From Promethearchaeota archaeon (GTDB lineage: Archaea > Asgardarchaeota > Lokiarchaeia > Sigyniarchaeales > SOKP01), in NCBI GenBank assembly GCA_048940925.1, contig JBHLOC010000002.1:96001-160000 (forward strand): 64,000 nucleotides of DNA. The letters are read 5' to 3'. Positions 1 through 9,917 of the stretch are shown piece by piece. Numbering within the stretch: the first letter of the stretch is position 1; every line of letters starts with the position of its first letter. The position numbers were made by a program, and so were the translations under genes. Under the pieces are notes generated by a model. That model saw only the letters and a program-made list of their open reading frames with translations, had not been told where the DNA came from and did not search any database.

Positions 1-2
1 TG

Positions 3-974
3 ATGTATGGTTTTGCGAGTTTATGGATAAGCATTGGCTTAACAAGACTTTTCTTTTATTTTAGCGACTATTGGTTAGTAGGAACCTATACTGGAGATGT
101 AGAAAGCATTTTTCAAGTAAATAATCTCCTACAAATAATAATTTATTACTTTTACATGTATCTTTACATCTATATTTATATAAATGTAATAATATTATGT
201 TTGATGTTTGTTTGGTTTTCCATTAAATTAAAAGTTGAATTTCAAGCAATTTCCTCGATGATGGCGCTTGGTTTTACTGTATTTTTAATTGGTTGGACAT
301 TTGAGGCAGTATCGATAAAAGCTTTAGGTTTTTTATTTTCTGGAATATCCTCTATACTTGTTTTAATCGGAGTTTTAATTGCAATTTCTCCCTTAGTGCT
401 TGAGTTCGAATTCTTTTCTAGAAGATTAGCAATTTGGTTAATTATATCAATTATTGGTTTTATAGGCGTTTTTCTTACTTCTACATTCATCTTTAATCTT
501 GAAACAATTGCCTTAATTTTAGTTATGATTGGATTTTTCTCAATATTATTAGGTTCAGTAATAGTATATATGATATTTTATGCAATTAGATCAACTAAAG
601 CACCGAAGGAACAGAAAGAAGAACTTCAAGAAACATTAAGATTCTTTACTAGACGCCAAAAGTTTACAGAAGAAGAGGTCGCATTTCATAGAGAAAGAAA
701 AATTTGTTTAGTGTGCAAAACTCATATTTCAAGATTAAGCTATATTTGCCCGGAGTGTGATGCTCTATATTGTGTTAAGTGCTCTGAGGCATTAAGTAAT
801 TTAGAAAATGCATGTTGGGTTTGTGAAACCCCATTCGATGAAACTAAAGCCGTTCATATTGTGAGAGAAGAAAAGGCACTTTTAGAAGTTGATGAGACAA
901 TCGTTTCTGAAATTGAAGATAAAAAAAGTAAAAAAGCACCTAAGAAAATTAAAAATGATATGAAAAAGAATTAA
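3..974 (+). CDS. Multi-pass membrane protein with C-terminal C4C4 RING-like zinc finger (probably 5'-truncated by the window edge)
   Basis: Several hydrophobic helices, then CLVC-x10-CPEC-x4-CVKC-x10-CWVC (nt 705-824) and a charged tail. Confidence 0.75.
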   Translation: MYGFASLWISIGLTRLFFYFSDYWLVGTYTGDVESIFQVNNLLQIIIYYFYMYLYIYIYINVIILCLMFVWFSIKLKVEFQAISSMMALGFTVFLIGWTFEAVSIKALGFLFSGISSILVLIGVLIAISPLVLEFEFFSRRLAIWLIISIIGFIGVFLTSTFIFNLETIALILVMIGFFSILLGSVIVYMIFYAIRSTKAPKEQKEELQETLRFFTRRQKFTEEEVAFHRERKICLVCKTHISRLSYICPECDALYCVKCSEALSNLENACWVCETPFDETKAVHIVREEKALLEVDETIVSEIEDKKSKKAPKKIKNDMKKN

Positions 975-1021
975 ATTGAGATTAATAGTAATTCAGAAAA
1001 AAAAAAGAGATGTTTTGATTT

Positions 1022-1264
1022 ATGTTTTATAATACCTTTTCTATATATAACGATCTCAATTCATTAGTGAATTTACTCCTCATAATATTCTTAATAATAC
1101 CTTATGTGGCTTTATCACTTGTAGCAGTCTGGGTGTATAGAGATGCGAAAAGAAAAGGTATTAACGCTGCCGCTTGGATGCTTATCGTGTGGATAATTCC
1201 ATTTTTCATCGGTTTTATTATATATTTATCTAAAAGAGATAAATTTTTAGAAAATATTTCTTAA
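1022..1264 (+). CDS. Small membrane protein (PLDc N-terminal-like)
   Basis: Two TM segments flanking a WVYRDAKRKG...W motif. Confidence 0.6.
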   Translation: MFYNTFSIYNDLNSLVNLLLIIFLIIPYVALSLVAVWVYRDAKRKGINAAAWMLIVWIIPFFIGFIIYLSKRDKFLENIS

Positions 1265-1283
1265 AACACGTTTACAGATTTAA

Positions 1284-2963
1284 ATGGTAGTAGAAAAACC
1301 TAAAACTAAGAAAAAAGTTTTGAAAAAGAAGAGGTTTATATCAGAACATAAACGATTAGTAGCAGGAGGAATAATAGTTGCTATTGCTATCGCAGGAGTT
1401 ATCAGTGGCATTGTTCTTTTTGTTGAAGAGCCGAAAGGAGGAATTTGTATAATAGGGATTATAGGAGAGATTGGAGACATTGACCCTATCATCCATGGAT
1501 AATCTGGATTCCACGATGAGATAGTAGTTAATCAAGTTGCCGAAACTTTATTTGATTTCGATCATAGTGGTAAACAACCTATACTTATATATACTTTAGC
1601 AAAAAATTATAAGTGGAATGATGAAGCAACAGAATTAACCTGTTACCTTAGAAAGGGGGTTAAATTCCATGATGAAACCCCATTTAATGCGACAGCAGTT
1701 AAATGGAACTTCGATAGAATCCATCGTTTGGTCACGTGTTGGGCTAAGTATTTATTCTTATTACCTGATGGACGCTGGATTGTGAATAAAACTCAAGTTA
1801 TAGATGAATATACTGTAAAATTTGTAATAAATGAACCTTTTGTTCCATTTTTACATTTGTTAACTCTTGCTACTACTGGCATTTTATCGCCAACATCCAC
1901 ACCTGCTAATAAAACCATTAACATAAATACTGATGATTTAGTTGGGACAGGACCTTTCACGTATGATGAGTATGAACCCCATGTTAATATAACAATGATT
2001 CCAAATTAACATTACTGGGGAAAGACACCTAGAATAGACAAATTGGTTTTTCAATTTTATGAATATCCCACTGAAGGTGAGGACTTATGGAATGCACTTT
2101 TAGCAAAAGAAATTAGCATTTTAGAGCCTTATTTCTATATACTATATCCGAATTGGTCAATCCAGACTCTCAAGAATGATCCAGGGATTACAGTTCGAGA
2201 AAAGCCACCTACTAATTATCGTTTTATTGGAATGAATAACAAACTCATTAATCTTACCATGCGAAAGGCAATCTCATATGCTATTAACTATACTTACATG
2301 GCTGAGGATATTTTGCCCAACAAGGCAGTAAATGCTCGTTCTTCTATTCCAGAAGGGATCATCTACTCCGATACGACTTCATTTGATGTTCCTTATTATA
2401 ACATTTCATTGGCACGACAAATATTAAAGGATGTGGGGTGGCCTGGAACCTCTGATTTAACAGCAAATGATGATATTAGTGCTGGTAACCCCTGGGAAAT
2501 GTTAGTTTCTAATGAAACACCTCTTGCGACATATACATTGGATTATATACCCGGGAATCCATTATCTACTGGTATGGCATTTCCCGTTCCAAATAATCTC
2601 AAACAAATTGGAGTCAAGGTAATAAATCAATTTAATTGGTCCTTTCCGTTGCAGCTTGTTGCATTGGGCTAGATATATGATTATAACGATCCACATAATG
2701 CTATGTTAGATTACTATAGTAAAACCAACTGGATACAAATGAATGATAGTTTGGTCGACCAATGGATAGAAGAAGGGTTAAGAGAGACTAATCCTGCTCT
2801 CAGAGAAGAGATATATTATAAGATTCAAGAACGCATTATGGAAGAACTATATCCTGTTATATTTACCTTCTCTAGTATAGAATTTAATATACAGGTAAAA
2901 AATTTGAGAGGTTGGCAACCTAATCCACTCAAAACCCAATTAAAAAACGTCTATTTTGTATAA
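1284..2963 (+). pseudogene. Family-5 ABC substrate-binding protein (DppA/OppA-like) interrupted by three in-frame stops
   Basis: ORFs starting at 1284, 1728, 2043 and 2703 are all in one frame. The gaps translate to family motifs (VAETLFDF, LRKGVKFHDETPFNATAVKWNFDR, N*HYWG, LG*IYDYNDP). Stops are TAA 1500, TAA 2007 and TAG 2670. Confidence 0.8.
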
Positions 2964-3020
2964 TACAAATCTATACGAAAATTTTATGTTTTTGTTTCAG
3001 TTGCGAATTTTAGTATATCT

Positions 3021-4175
3021 TCATTCGAGAACTAAGGGTACACTTGTAAGATCGGATTCAAAAGATCCCTGGATAATTTCAAATGTTATATTATATAAAT
3101 TTTTAACCATATTTGCTATTAAATCTTTTGATGTTAAGTATAAAATACCTGTATATACAGTTGTCGGAATTTTCCCATCCGAATATAAACCATTGACAGA
3201 ATTTTTCCATCCGTAATCAAATCCATGTATTAACGTACATGTGAGATTGTAGATACTTACTATGCACCCCGGAAGTCCATATTTATCCATAAAAGTATTC
3301 CCGAAGGGTATTTCAAGAATAGCTCCTATCTTTGGATCATTATCCTCATATTTGACAAATACATCTCCATTATTAATTTTTACTATACCCGTTATATTAG
3401 CTCCAAATACTTTATATTGGTCAATATATAAATCATAATCACCATTTTCTACTTCAAAAGTCCATACACAATTTTGAGTATAGTTCACGTTCCTTGTCGT
3501 AAATTCTACATTTCCAGTTTTAACAATTCCAGTAACATAACCTCTAACTGTGCAATGGTTAAAATTATAGATAATATTACCTATGTTGATTATACCTGTT
3601 ATATTACCTTCAATATTACAGTCAGTAAAGTTATAAATAATATTGCCATTGGTGATATTAGTAATTACATTGTTGACAGAAATCCCCCAAGGAACTGTGA
3701 TTACAACACCCCCCTCATCAATGTTTGATGTAATATCAAAGATTCTATCTTTTCTAATTAACACATCTATACTTACGTTTTTTATTATCAAATTTGAAGA
3801 ATCAAACCACCTATCTGAAATTAGTTCTAATGTAAAATTAACAGCAGAACTAGTATTCTGCCATAAAAAATTGAAATAATCTGTATATGAATCTCCTTCT
3901 AAATTATGACCTACTATATCTATATTTACTTCTATCTTCATATAATAGTCAACTGGAGGAGAAATATAATATATTTTGATATCCCCTACATCAACATTAA
4001 GATTTAGTTTTTCAGTAGATGTTGGAGATTTTGGGTAATATTTGAAAATAAGAGATTCATTAATCATTTCATAAGATAAGATATTAGTTGAAAGAATGGT
4101 GATAGGGGCGACGATAATAAGACTAAAGCCTATAATAATTATTGGTATTATTACAATAATACTTTTCTTCACCAT
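3021..4175 (-). CDS. Membrane-anchored/secreted beta-rich protein (DUF4097/adhesin-like repeats)
   Basis: N-terminal TM/signal; repeated GNIIYNF.C.I.G.ITG motifs. Confidence 0.55.
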   Translation of the reverse strand: MVKKSIIVIIPIIIIGFSLIIVAPITILSTNILSYEMINESLIFKYYPKSPTSTEKLNLNVDVGDIKIYYISPPVDYYMKIEVNIDIVGHNLEGDSYTDYFNFLWQNTSSAVNFTLELISDRWFDSSNLIIKNVSIDVLIRKDRIFDITSNIDEGGVVITVPWGISVNNVITNITNGNIIYNFTDCNIEGNITGIINIGNIIYNFNHCTVRGYVTGIVKTGNVEFTTRNVNYTQNCVWTFEVENGDYDLYIDQYKVFGANITGIVKINNGDVFVKYEDNDPKIGAILEIPFGNTFMDKYGLPGCIVSIYNLTCTLIHGFDYGWKNSVNGLYSDGKIPTTVYTGILYLTSKDLIANMVKNLYNITFEIIQGSFESDLTSVPLVLE

Positions 4176-4350
4176 CTTTTGTTACATCCGTGAGATTTAT
4201 TAATTTTACAATTAATTAGATAAGAGAGCCTTTTATTTAAATTAATCCATCAAATATCTTTGATAAAAATCAATTTATAAAAGATAAAAATTAAAAAACT
4301 ACTAAAATAATATTTACATTATATAAGTAAAATCGAATGGTGCGAAAAAA

Positions 4351-4608
4351 ATGAGAATTACTGTTGAGGATTCAAGAACGGGAAAAGTAATCAAATTAGA
4401 TGTAAAATCTCATCACCAAATAGAAAGAATAGTTGATATTATTATAAAGCATATGGGTATTATCAGCGCAGAACAACGTTCTTATTCTTTAGTACTTAAA
4501 GATCAAGAACTCCCAAATACCATTACAATTGAGGATGCTGTTCATAAATTTGGCTTACAAGAAAATGATAAATTAATCTTATGGGCAAAAGTTGTGGGTG
4601 GGTCTTAA
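4351..4608 (+). CDS. Ubiquitin-like protein with C-terminal VVGG-S
   Basis: 85 aa beta-grasp pattern (MRITVED...L.V...I..I...YSLVL...GLQENDKLIL), di-Gly plus one extra residue, adjacent to E2/E1/JAB. Confidence 0.85.
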   Translation: MRITVEDSRTGKVIKLDVKSHHQIERIVDIIIKHMGIISAEQRSYSLVLKDQELPNTITIEDAVHKFGLQENDKLILWAKVVGGS

Positions 4609-4634
4609 GTCTCAAGTTCAAGTTATTTTATATT

Positions 4635-5201
4635 TTAGTCATCGATGATTAAAATTTCATCATCTTCTTCTTCTTCCTCAAATAATTGATCTTCGATGCT
4701 ATATTCTTTTTTAAGTTCTTCAACCGATGTTTTATTAAAAAATTCCGCAGCTTCTAAACATATAGGATAATTTAATGGATCATCAGGATTAGGATGTTCT
4801 ACCAGAGTTCTAAGAGCTTTAATCGTCGTTTCTAAATCAGATAACCTTGACCATTTTTTTAAGACGTTCAAGCAAATATATCCTGTCCCTGTGCTCCTTG
4901 ATGGGTTTTTAACAGGATGGATATTTGGATGAAAAATGCTTGAAAACCAAGAAAAATCAATCCCACCAGGATAAGGAAATGATCTATTAATCTTCAAGAA
5001 AATTCTATGAGATGTTTGTGGTTTTAATTCACCGTCTAATTTAGTTACCCCAAAAGCATTGATTAATATTGTAAATTCAACACTATTATTACCTTTAATT
5101 ACAGAATTTTCTACTAACACTTTAAGCTTTTGAATATTTTTAAGTTCATTTTCGATCCTATCTTTCCATATTTCATACGGAAGTTCTGGCACTTTCTTCA
5201 A
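4635..5201 (-). CDS. Ubiquitin-conjugating enzyme E2 with acidic tail
   Basis: FPYP, IFHPNI, GYICLNVLKKWS (catalytic Cys), PNPDDPLN, tail EEEEEDDE. Confidence 0.92.
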   Translation of the reverse strand: MKKVPELPYEIWKDRIENELKNIQKLKVLVENSVIKGNNSVEFTILINAFGVTKLDGELKPQTSHRIFLKINRSFPYPGGIDFSWFSSIFHPNIHPVKNPSRSTGTGYICLNVLKKWSRLSDLETTIKALRTLVEHPNPDDPLNYPICLEAAEFFNKTSVEELKKEYSIEDQLFEEEEEDDEILIIDD

Positions 5202-5283
5202 CCCTTTAATTTCTTAATTTTTTATATAGAGTATTATATTGATATTTTTTTATACCTTACTTTTTTAATATTATCTTCTAAAT

Positions 5284-6168
5284 TCATTTTTTCTTTTTAT
5301 ATGAACATGTCCAGCATTCTGGGTTCTTTAATTTTTTTACAATCCTAAATTGATTTAATAAACCATTGTAATTAAGTTGTTTACCAATCAAAGGTTTTCC
5401 TATGTGAGGATGCCATTTACCATGTTCTTTAAAATAGTCTAAACCTAAAAGAAATTTCAATACTTGTTGAGATTGTAAACCACCTATAATAGATGTGGTG
5501 GTGATGATTGTTGCCATTTTTGCTATTGTCTCACCATTTTCACTTTCGATTTCTTGACCGGTACATGAAAATTTTTTCCACATGATATCTAAATCAGTAT
5601 TTGAAATACTACATTGCAAACATGCGGCATCTTCTTCTCCAGAATATACAGATTGTACACTACCATAAAATTCTTCAATTCCTGAATCTACAAAGGGAAC
5701 ATCGTTGTAATAAGCATAATTGTTTGCTTCAATTCTAGCCTCTACGTTATCTAAACATGAACATATTACATCTGATTTTGTATAGAGCTTTTTATTAATA
5801 TCTTTTAAATCCTTTTTTATTGCCATTATAGACGTGTCCGGATTTAGTTGCTCACATGCACTTTTTATAACATCGACTTTATATTCTTTATTTTGAGCGC
5901 TTTTTTCATTAAATAGTACACAACGATTTAGATTAGAAATATTAATAAAATCATAATCTATCAATATTAGTTTTCCTATACCGGTTAAAACTAAGTTTTT
6001 AACAACTTCATTGCCAGTAGCCCCTACACCGATAACCATCACTGTGGCATTAGAAATTTTACTTTGATCCCAGCCAAATATACGCTTTTGGCGATCAAAC
6101 TTATCTGAATCTATTGATTCAATCCCATAAACTTTATACTCATCTTGATTTTTTTTATTATTTTGCAT
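5284..6168 (-). CDS. Ubiquitin-activating enzyme E1 (ThiF/MoeB-size)
   Basis: FDRQ, VIGVGATG, DYDFINISNLNR, CLDNVEAR, CLQC/CWTC Zn pairs, FSCT catalytic Cys. Confidence 0.92.
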   Translation of the reverse strand: MQNNKKNQDEYKVYGIESIDSDKFDRQKRIFGWDQSKISNATVMVIGVGATGNEVVKNLVLTGIGKLILIDYDFINISNLNRCVLFNEKSAQNKEYKVDVIKSACEQLNPDTSIMAIKKDLKDINKKLYTKSDVICSCLDNVEARIEANNYAYYNDVPFVDSGIEEFYGSVQSVYSGEEDAACLQCSISNTDLDIMWKKFSCTGQEIESENGETIAKMATIITTTSIIGGLQSQQVLKFLLGLDYFKEHGKWHPHIGKPLIGKQLNYNGLLNQFRIVKKLKNPECWTCSYKKKK

Positions 6169-6181
6169 TTAGATTTTAAAT

Positions 6182-6685
6182 TTATGTTATGTTTGGTTTA
6201 TCAACTAAAACAGCATAGCTAATTGATTTATAACCTTTATCTGAAGAATTATCAAGAGTGAAGAATTCTAATTCATCTCTTACGGGATCTATAACTAAGG
6301 CCACCTGGAAACTTTCTGGGAAGAAATAATTTTGTGTTTTTATATCAGTTGTAGAGAGAAAGCATCCAAAATCAGGATGAGAATGCCACCATCCCAAAAT
6401 TCGAAGCGAAGGATTATTTCTTGCTTTTTTTAGTCTTTGAAACTTCTTTTCATATTTTCCTGCAGTTCCTTCTATTTGAGCTGTTGAATATTTTTCACTA
6501 TGCACTGCGCCCAAAAGAAAAAGTAGATCCTCAATAACAATATAAATATTATCTTTCCATTTTAATATATTTCCAATTAAATAGCCGAAAATTTCATTTT
6601 CAATGTTCTTACATAATTGAATAATCTTCCGAATTGTGTTATCATAAATATATACAGGAAATATATATTTTTTTTCGAATTTCAT
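6182..6685 (-). CDS. JAB/MPN+ metalloprotease (Rpn11-like deubiquitinase)
   Basis: EIFGYLIG...GWWHSHPDFGCFLSTTD JAMM motif, ALVIDPV. Confidence 0.93.
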   Translation of the reverse strand: MKFEKKYIFPVYIYDNTIRKIIQLCKNIENEIFGYLIGNILKWKDNIYIVIEDLLFLLGAVHSEKYSTAQIEGTAGKYEKKFQRLKKARNNPSLRILGWWHSHPDFGCFLSTTDIKTQNYFFPESFQVALVIDPVRDELEFFTLDNSSDKGYKSISYAVLVDKPNIT

Positions 6686-6721
6686 GATTTATAATGTTTC
6701 CAAAGTTCTATAAATATATTT

Positions 6722-7621
6722 TTATTGATACTTGGCTTTAAATCTTCCACTCTTTTCAATTATGGAATTTTGAATCATTTTGTTTATTATTTCATATATT
6801 TCTTCTTTCGCCTTTTTATCAATCGCAGAAAAACCAAAAGTTATTAATCCAAATGATTCAGTTATTTTTTCTGGTTCAAAAGATGATTTCGTCAAATCTT
6901 GAAAGTTAGCAATAATATAAAAATCTGCTTTAATTGCCCTTCTTTTTAAATGATCATAAATGTTCTTAGTCCTACCTAAATTGCCAGCACCTGAATTTGT
7001 AACGATACAAATAATATCAAATGAATCCAGTAGAGGCTTATATAAAGCAGAATTTTCATATATATCTTGTAAATTAACCTCTCTAATAATAACCTCATTT
7101 AATTTTTCAAAATTAGATAAAACAACCTTTTTTTCTAATATTTCATTAAAATCATCGTCCAATTCCAAGACAGTTTCTCCAGGAAATAAGTTTAAAATAG
7201 AAGTTTTGCCTACTCCTTCTTCTCCTATTAGCAATATCCTTGGAGGTATAAAAATATGTTTTTCGGTAAATTCATCTAATTCTTTAATAATTTTGATTTT
7301 TTTATCCCAACTAAACGATTTAAGTTTATATCGCCTAATAAATTCTCGTTTTAATAATTCTAATCGATTTCTTAATTCTAATTCTTGATCTCCCCCACCA
7401 CTTATTAGTATATACATGAAATTTTGCTCATCATAAGAATAGATAAATTTAAAGTTCGTAAAGTTCAAGGATCTTATTTTACCTCCTCCTAATTTTCTAC
7501 TGTAATCATTAAAAGTAGTGAGGTAATTTACTATATCATTATCAACAACATGGGGACTCATAAATGTTTTAGAATAACATAATTCTCCCTCTGCGGTGAT
7601 AATAAATATTTTTGAGATCAT
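6722..7621 (-). CDS. Longin domain-small GTPase-like fusion, paralogue 1
   Basis: N-terminal longin pattern (IFIITAEGELCYSKTF...IRSLNF), P-loop GEEGVGKTS, ANFQD, SAI. Confidence 0.8.
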   Translation of the reverse strand: MISKIFIITAEGELCYSKTFMSPHVVDNDIVNYLTTFNDYSRKLGGGKIRSLNFTNFKFIYSYDEQNFMYILISGGGDQELELRNRLELLKREFIRRYKLKSFSWDKKIKIIKELDEFTEKHIFIPPRILLIGEEGVGKTSILNLFPGETVLELDDDFNEILEKKVVLSNFEKLNEVIIREVNLQDIYENSALYKPLLDSFDIICIVTNSGAGNLGRTKNIYDHLKRRAIKADFYIIANFQDLTKSSFEPEKITESFGLITFGFSAIDKKAKEEIYEIINKMIQNSIIEKSGRFKAKYQ

Positions 7622-7667
7622 TCCAATTTTGTATTAATTTATTTTAATAATTTTTATTTTTTTCATT

Positions 7668-8564
7668 TTAAATTTGTTTTTTCATAATCTTTTCTACTAT
7701 TGAAGATTTTACCATCTCACTAATTATGTCATTTATTTTTCCTTTTGCCTCTTTTTTAATTGCCGAGAGCCCAAAAGTTTTAACTCCAAATATTTCCTCT
7801 ATTTTTTCGGGTTCAAAAGATGTGCTTTCTAAATCTTGAAAATTAGCAATAATGTAAAAATCAGCTTTCTTTACTCTTTCTTGTAACATAGAAAATAATC
7901 TTTTTGTTCTTCCCAAATTACTAGCTCCAGAGTTAGTGACAATACATATAATATCAATAGCATCTAAAAGTGTTCTATAGACTTTTGTATTGTCAATCAA
8001 TTCTTTTAGATCAAGTTCTCTTAAAATTAATTCGTTTATTCTATCGAAAACAGGTAAATGTATTGGCTTTTGAATTATTTCAATTAAATCATCATCTAAT
8101 TCTATTATAGTTTCTCCCGGAAATAAATTCATGATTGTACTCTTTCCCACTCCATCTTCGCCAACTAGTAAAACTTTAGGAGGAATAAAAATATTTTTTT
8201 CTGCAAACTCATCAAATTTTTCATATTTAGTTGTTTCACATGACCAGTTTTTTAAATCCTCATAATATCTCTTCATAAATTCCTCTTTAAGTAACTCAAG
8301 TTTCGCAGTGACTTCTTCCTCTGGGTCATTAATATCAGTTACTATAATAAACATTCCTAGTTTTTCATCATCATAAGTATAAACAAAATTGAAATTTCTG
8401 AAGTTTAATGACTTTATTTCTCCACCCCCTATTTCTTCAGCTATATTGCTAATCGCGGTTAGAAATCCACTTATCAAATCACCACTAATTTGATCATCAC
8501 CGATAAATGTCTTTGAATAGCAAAGCACGCCACCAGGACCAATAATAAGTATTTTTGAAATCAT
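7668..8564 (-). CDS. Longin domain-small GTPase-like fusion, paralogue 2
   Basis: ILIIGPGGVLCYSK, DLISGFLTAI, GEDGVGKST, ANFQD, SAI. Confidence 0.82.
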   Translation of the reverse strand: MISKILIIGPGGVLCYSKTFIGDDQISGDLISGFLTAISNIAEEIGGGEIKSLNFRNFNFVYTYDDEKLGMFIIVTDINDPEEEVTAKLELLKEEFMKRYYEDLKNWSCETTKYEKFDEFAEKNIFIPPKVLLVGEDGVGKSTIMNLFPGETIIELDDDLIEIIQKPIHLPVFDRINELILRELDLKELIDNTKVYRTLLDAIDIICIVTNSGASNLGRTKRLFSMLQERVKKADFYIIANFQDLESTSFEPEKIEEIFGVKTFGLSAIKKEAKGKINDIISEMVKSSIVEKIMKKQI

Positions 8565-8693
8565 TTTGGGGTTTATATTATATCCATTTATTAATTAATT
8601 TAATAATAGAAAGATTGATTATTTAAAATGATCATATGAAATTTCAACAATTATAAATATATTATTCTCATTTAAATACAATTGTGAAATATT

Positions 8694-8843
8694 TTGGATG
8701 AAAGAGACGAAGATACGCAACCCCATGATAAGGAACCAACAATTATAAGCTCCGAAGATCAAGAAATTAAAGAAAAGAAACCTCCAAATGATAAAATAAT
8801 TTATTGTAAAATAGTAGAAAATGATAAGAATTCAGATTTTTAA
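8694..8843 (+). CDS. Possible small charged protein (49 aa)
   Basis: Open frame from TTG 8694 to TAA 8841 in an intergenic gap (LDERDEDTQPHDKEP...); no recognisable motif. Confidence 0.25.
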   Translation: MDERDEDTQPHDKEPTIISSEDQEIKEKKPPNDKIIYCKIVENDKNSDF

Positions 8844-8907
8844 AATAAAGAAGCCTAACTTTAGTAAAACTAATTTAATTCACTTTTTTGAAAAAATATA
8901 GCCAAAA

Positions 8908-9858
8908 TTAATTTAAAATAATAGTAATATCGTCATCATTCTCTATTTTACTCCCATCTTGTTCTTTTTTAGAAGAAGAATATTTTTTAATAATTGAGTA
9001 TTCAACCATTTCTGTAATTATGTTATAAATTTTTTTATTTGCCTTTTTTGATATAGCTGAGATACCAAAAGTCTTTATTTTAAAATATTCTTCAATTTTT
9101 TCGGGCAGAAATGACATATCTTTTAAATCTTGGAAGTTAGCAATTATATAGAAATCGGCTTTTTTTACTTTTGGTTTCAAAAGAGTGAACAGTCTTTTTG
9201 TTTCTTTTAAATTCTTTGCCCCTGAATTGGTAACGATACAAAAAATTTCCACAGAGTCTAAGAATTGTTGATGAGTATTCAAATTATCAATTAAATCACG
9301 TAGATCAATTTCCCTGACAATAATTTCCCCTATCTCTTTTAGTTTTGGTAAATAAATTGTTTTTTGTATAATATCATTCATATATTCATCCAGTTTTATT
9401 ACTGTATCTCCTGGAAATAGATTCATAATAGTCGTTTTTCCCACACCAACTTCTCCAACTAACAATATTTTAGGAGGAATAAAAATCTGTTTCTCAGTAA
9501 ATTCATCAAAGCTTTTAAATTTTCTAATATCATAATCCCAGTTTTCTAAATCATGTCGATATCGTTTCATAAACTCCATTTTTAATAATTCTACTTTATA
9601 TCTTATTTCGTCTTCCAAGTCATCAACGTCAGTTATAATTATGAATATATAAGATTTTTCATAATTGAAGGAATAAAAAATATTAAAGTTCCTAAAACTT
9701 AGAGATTTTATTTCTCCTCCACCAATTTCCTTAGCAATGTCGCTAACAGCTGTAAAGAAACCACTTACAAAATCTTCATCTATTCTTTTTTCATCCATAA
9801 ATGATTTTGAATAACAAAGAACTCCATTAGACTTTATAATTAATATTTTCTTAATCAT
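8908..9858 (-). CDS. Longin domain-small GTPase-like fusion, paralogue 3
   Basis: ILIIKSNGVLCYSK, DFVSGFFTAV, GEVGVGKTT, ANFQD, SAI. Confidence 0.82.
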   Translation of the reverse strand: MIKKILIIKSNGVLCYSKSFMDEKRIDEDFVSGFFTAVSDIAKEIGGGEIKSLSFRNFNIFYSFNYEKSYIFIIITDVDDLEDEIRYKVELLKMEFMKRYRHDLENWDYDIRKFKSFDEFTEKQIFIPPKILLVGEVGVGKTTIMNLFPGDTVIKLDEYMNDIIQKTIYLPKLKEIGEIIVREIDLRDLIDNLNTHQQFLDSVEIFCIVTNSGAKNLKETKRLFTLLKPKVKKADFYIIANFQDLKDMSFLPEKIEEYFKIKTFGISAISKKANKKIYNIITEMVEYSIIKKYSSSKKEQDGSKIENDDDITIILN

Positions 9859-9917
9859 TAAAAATCTTTAATCTGTCAGTTTTCATTTAATGATAGATCT
9901 ATTGCTTATTTAAAACA

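Noticed and set aside
2670-2672. Pyrrolysine readthrough of TAG (also at 46970)
   Set aside because: The first sits at a Trp position in a gene that also has two TAA stops; the second results from frameshifts. No pyl genes are seen.
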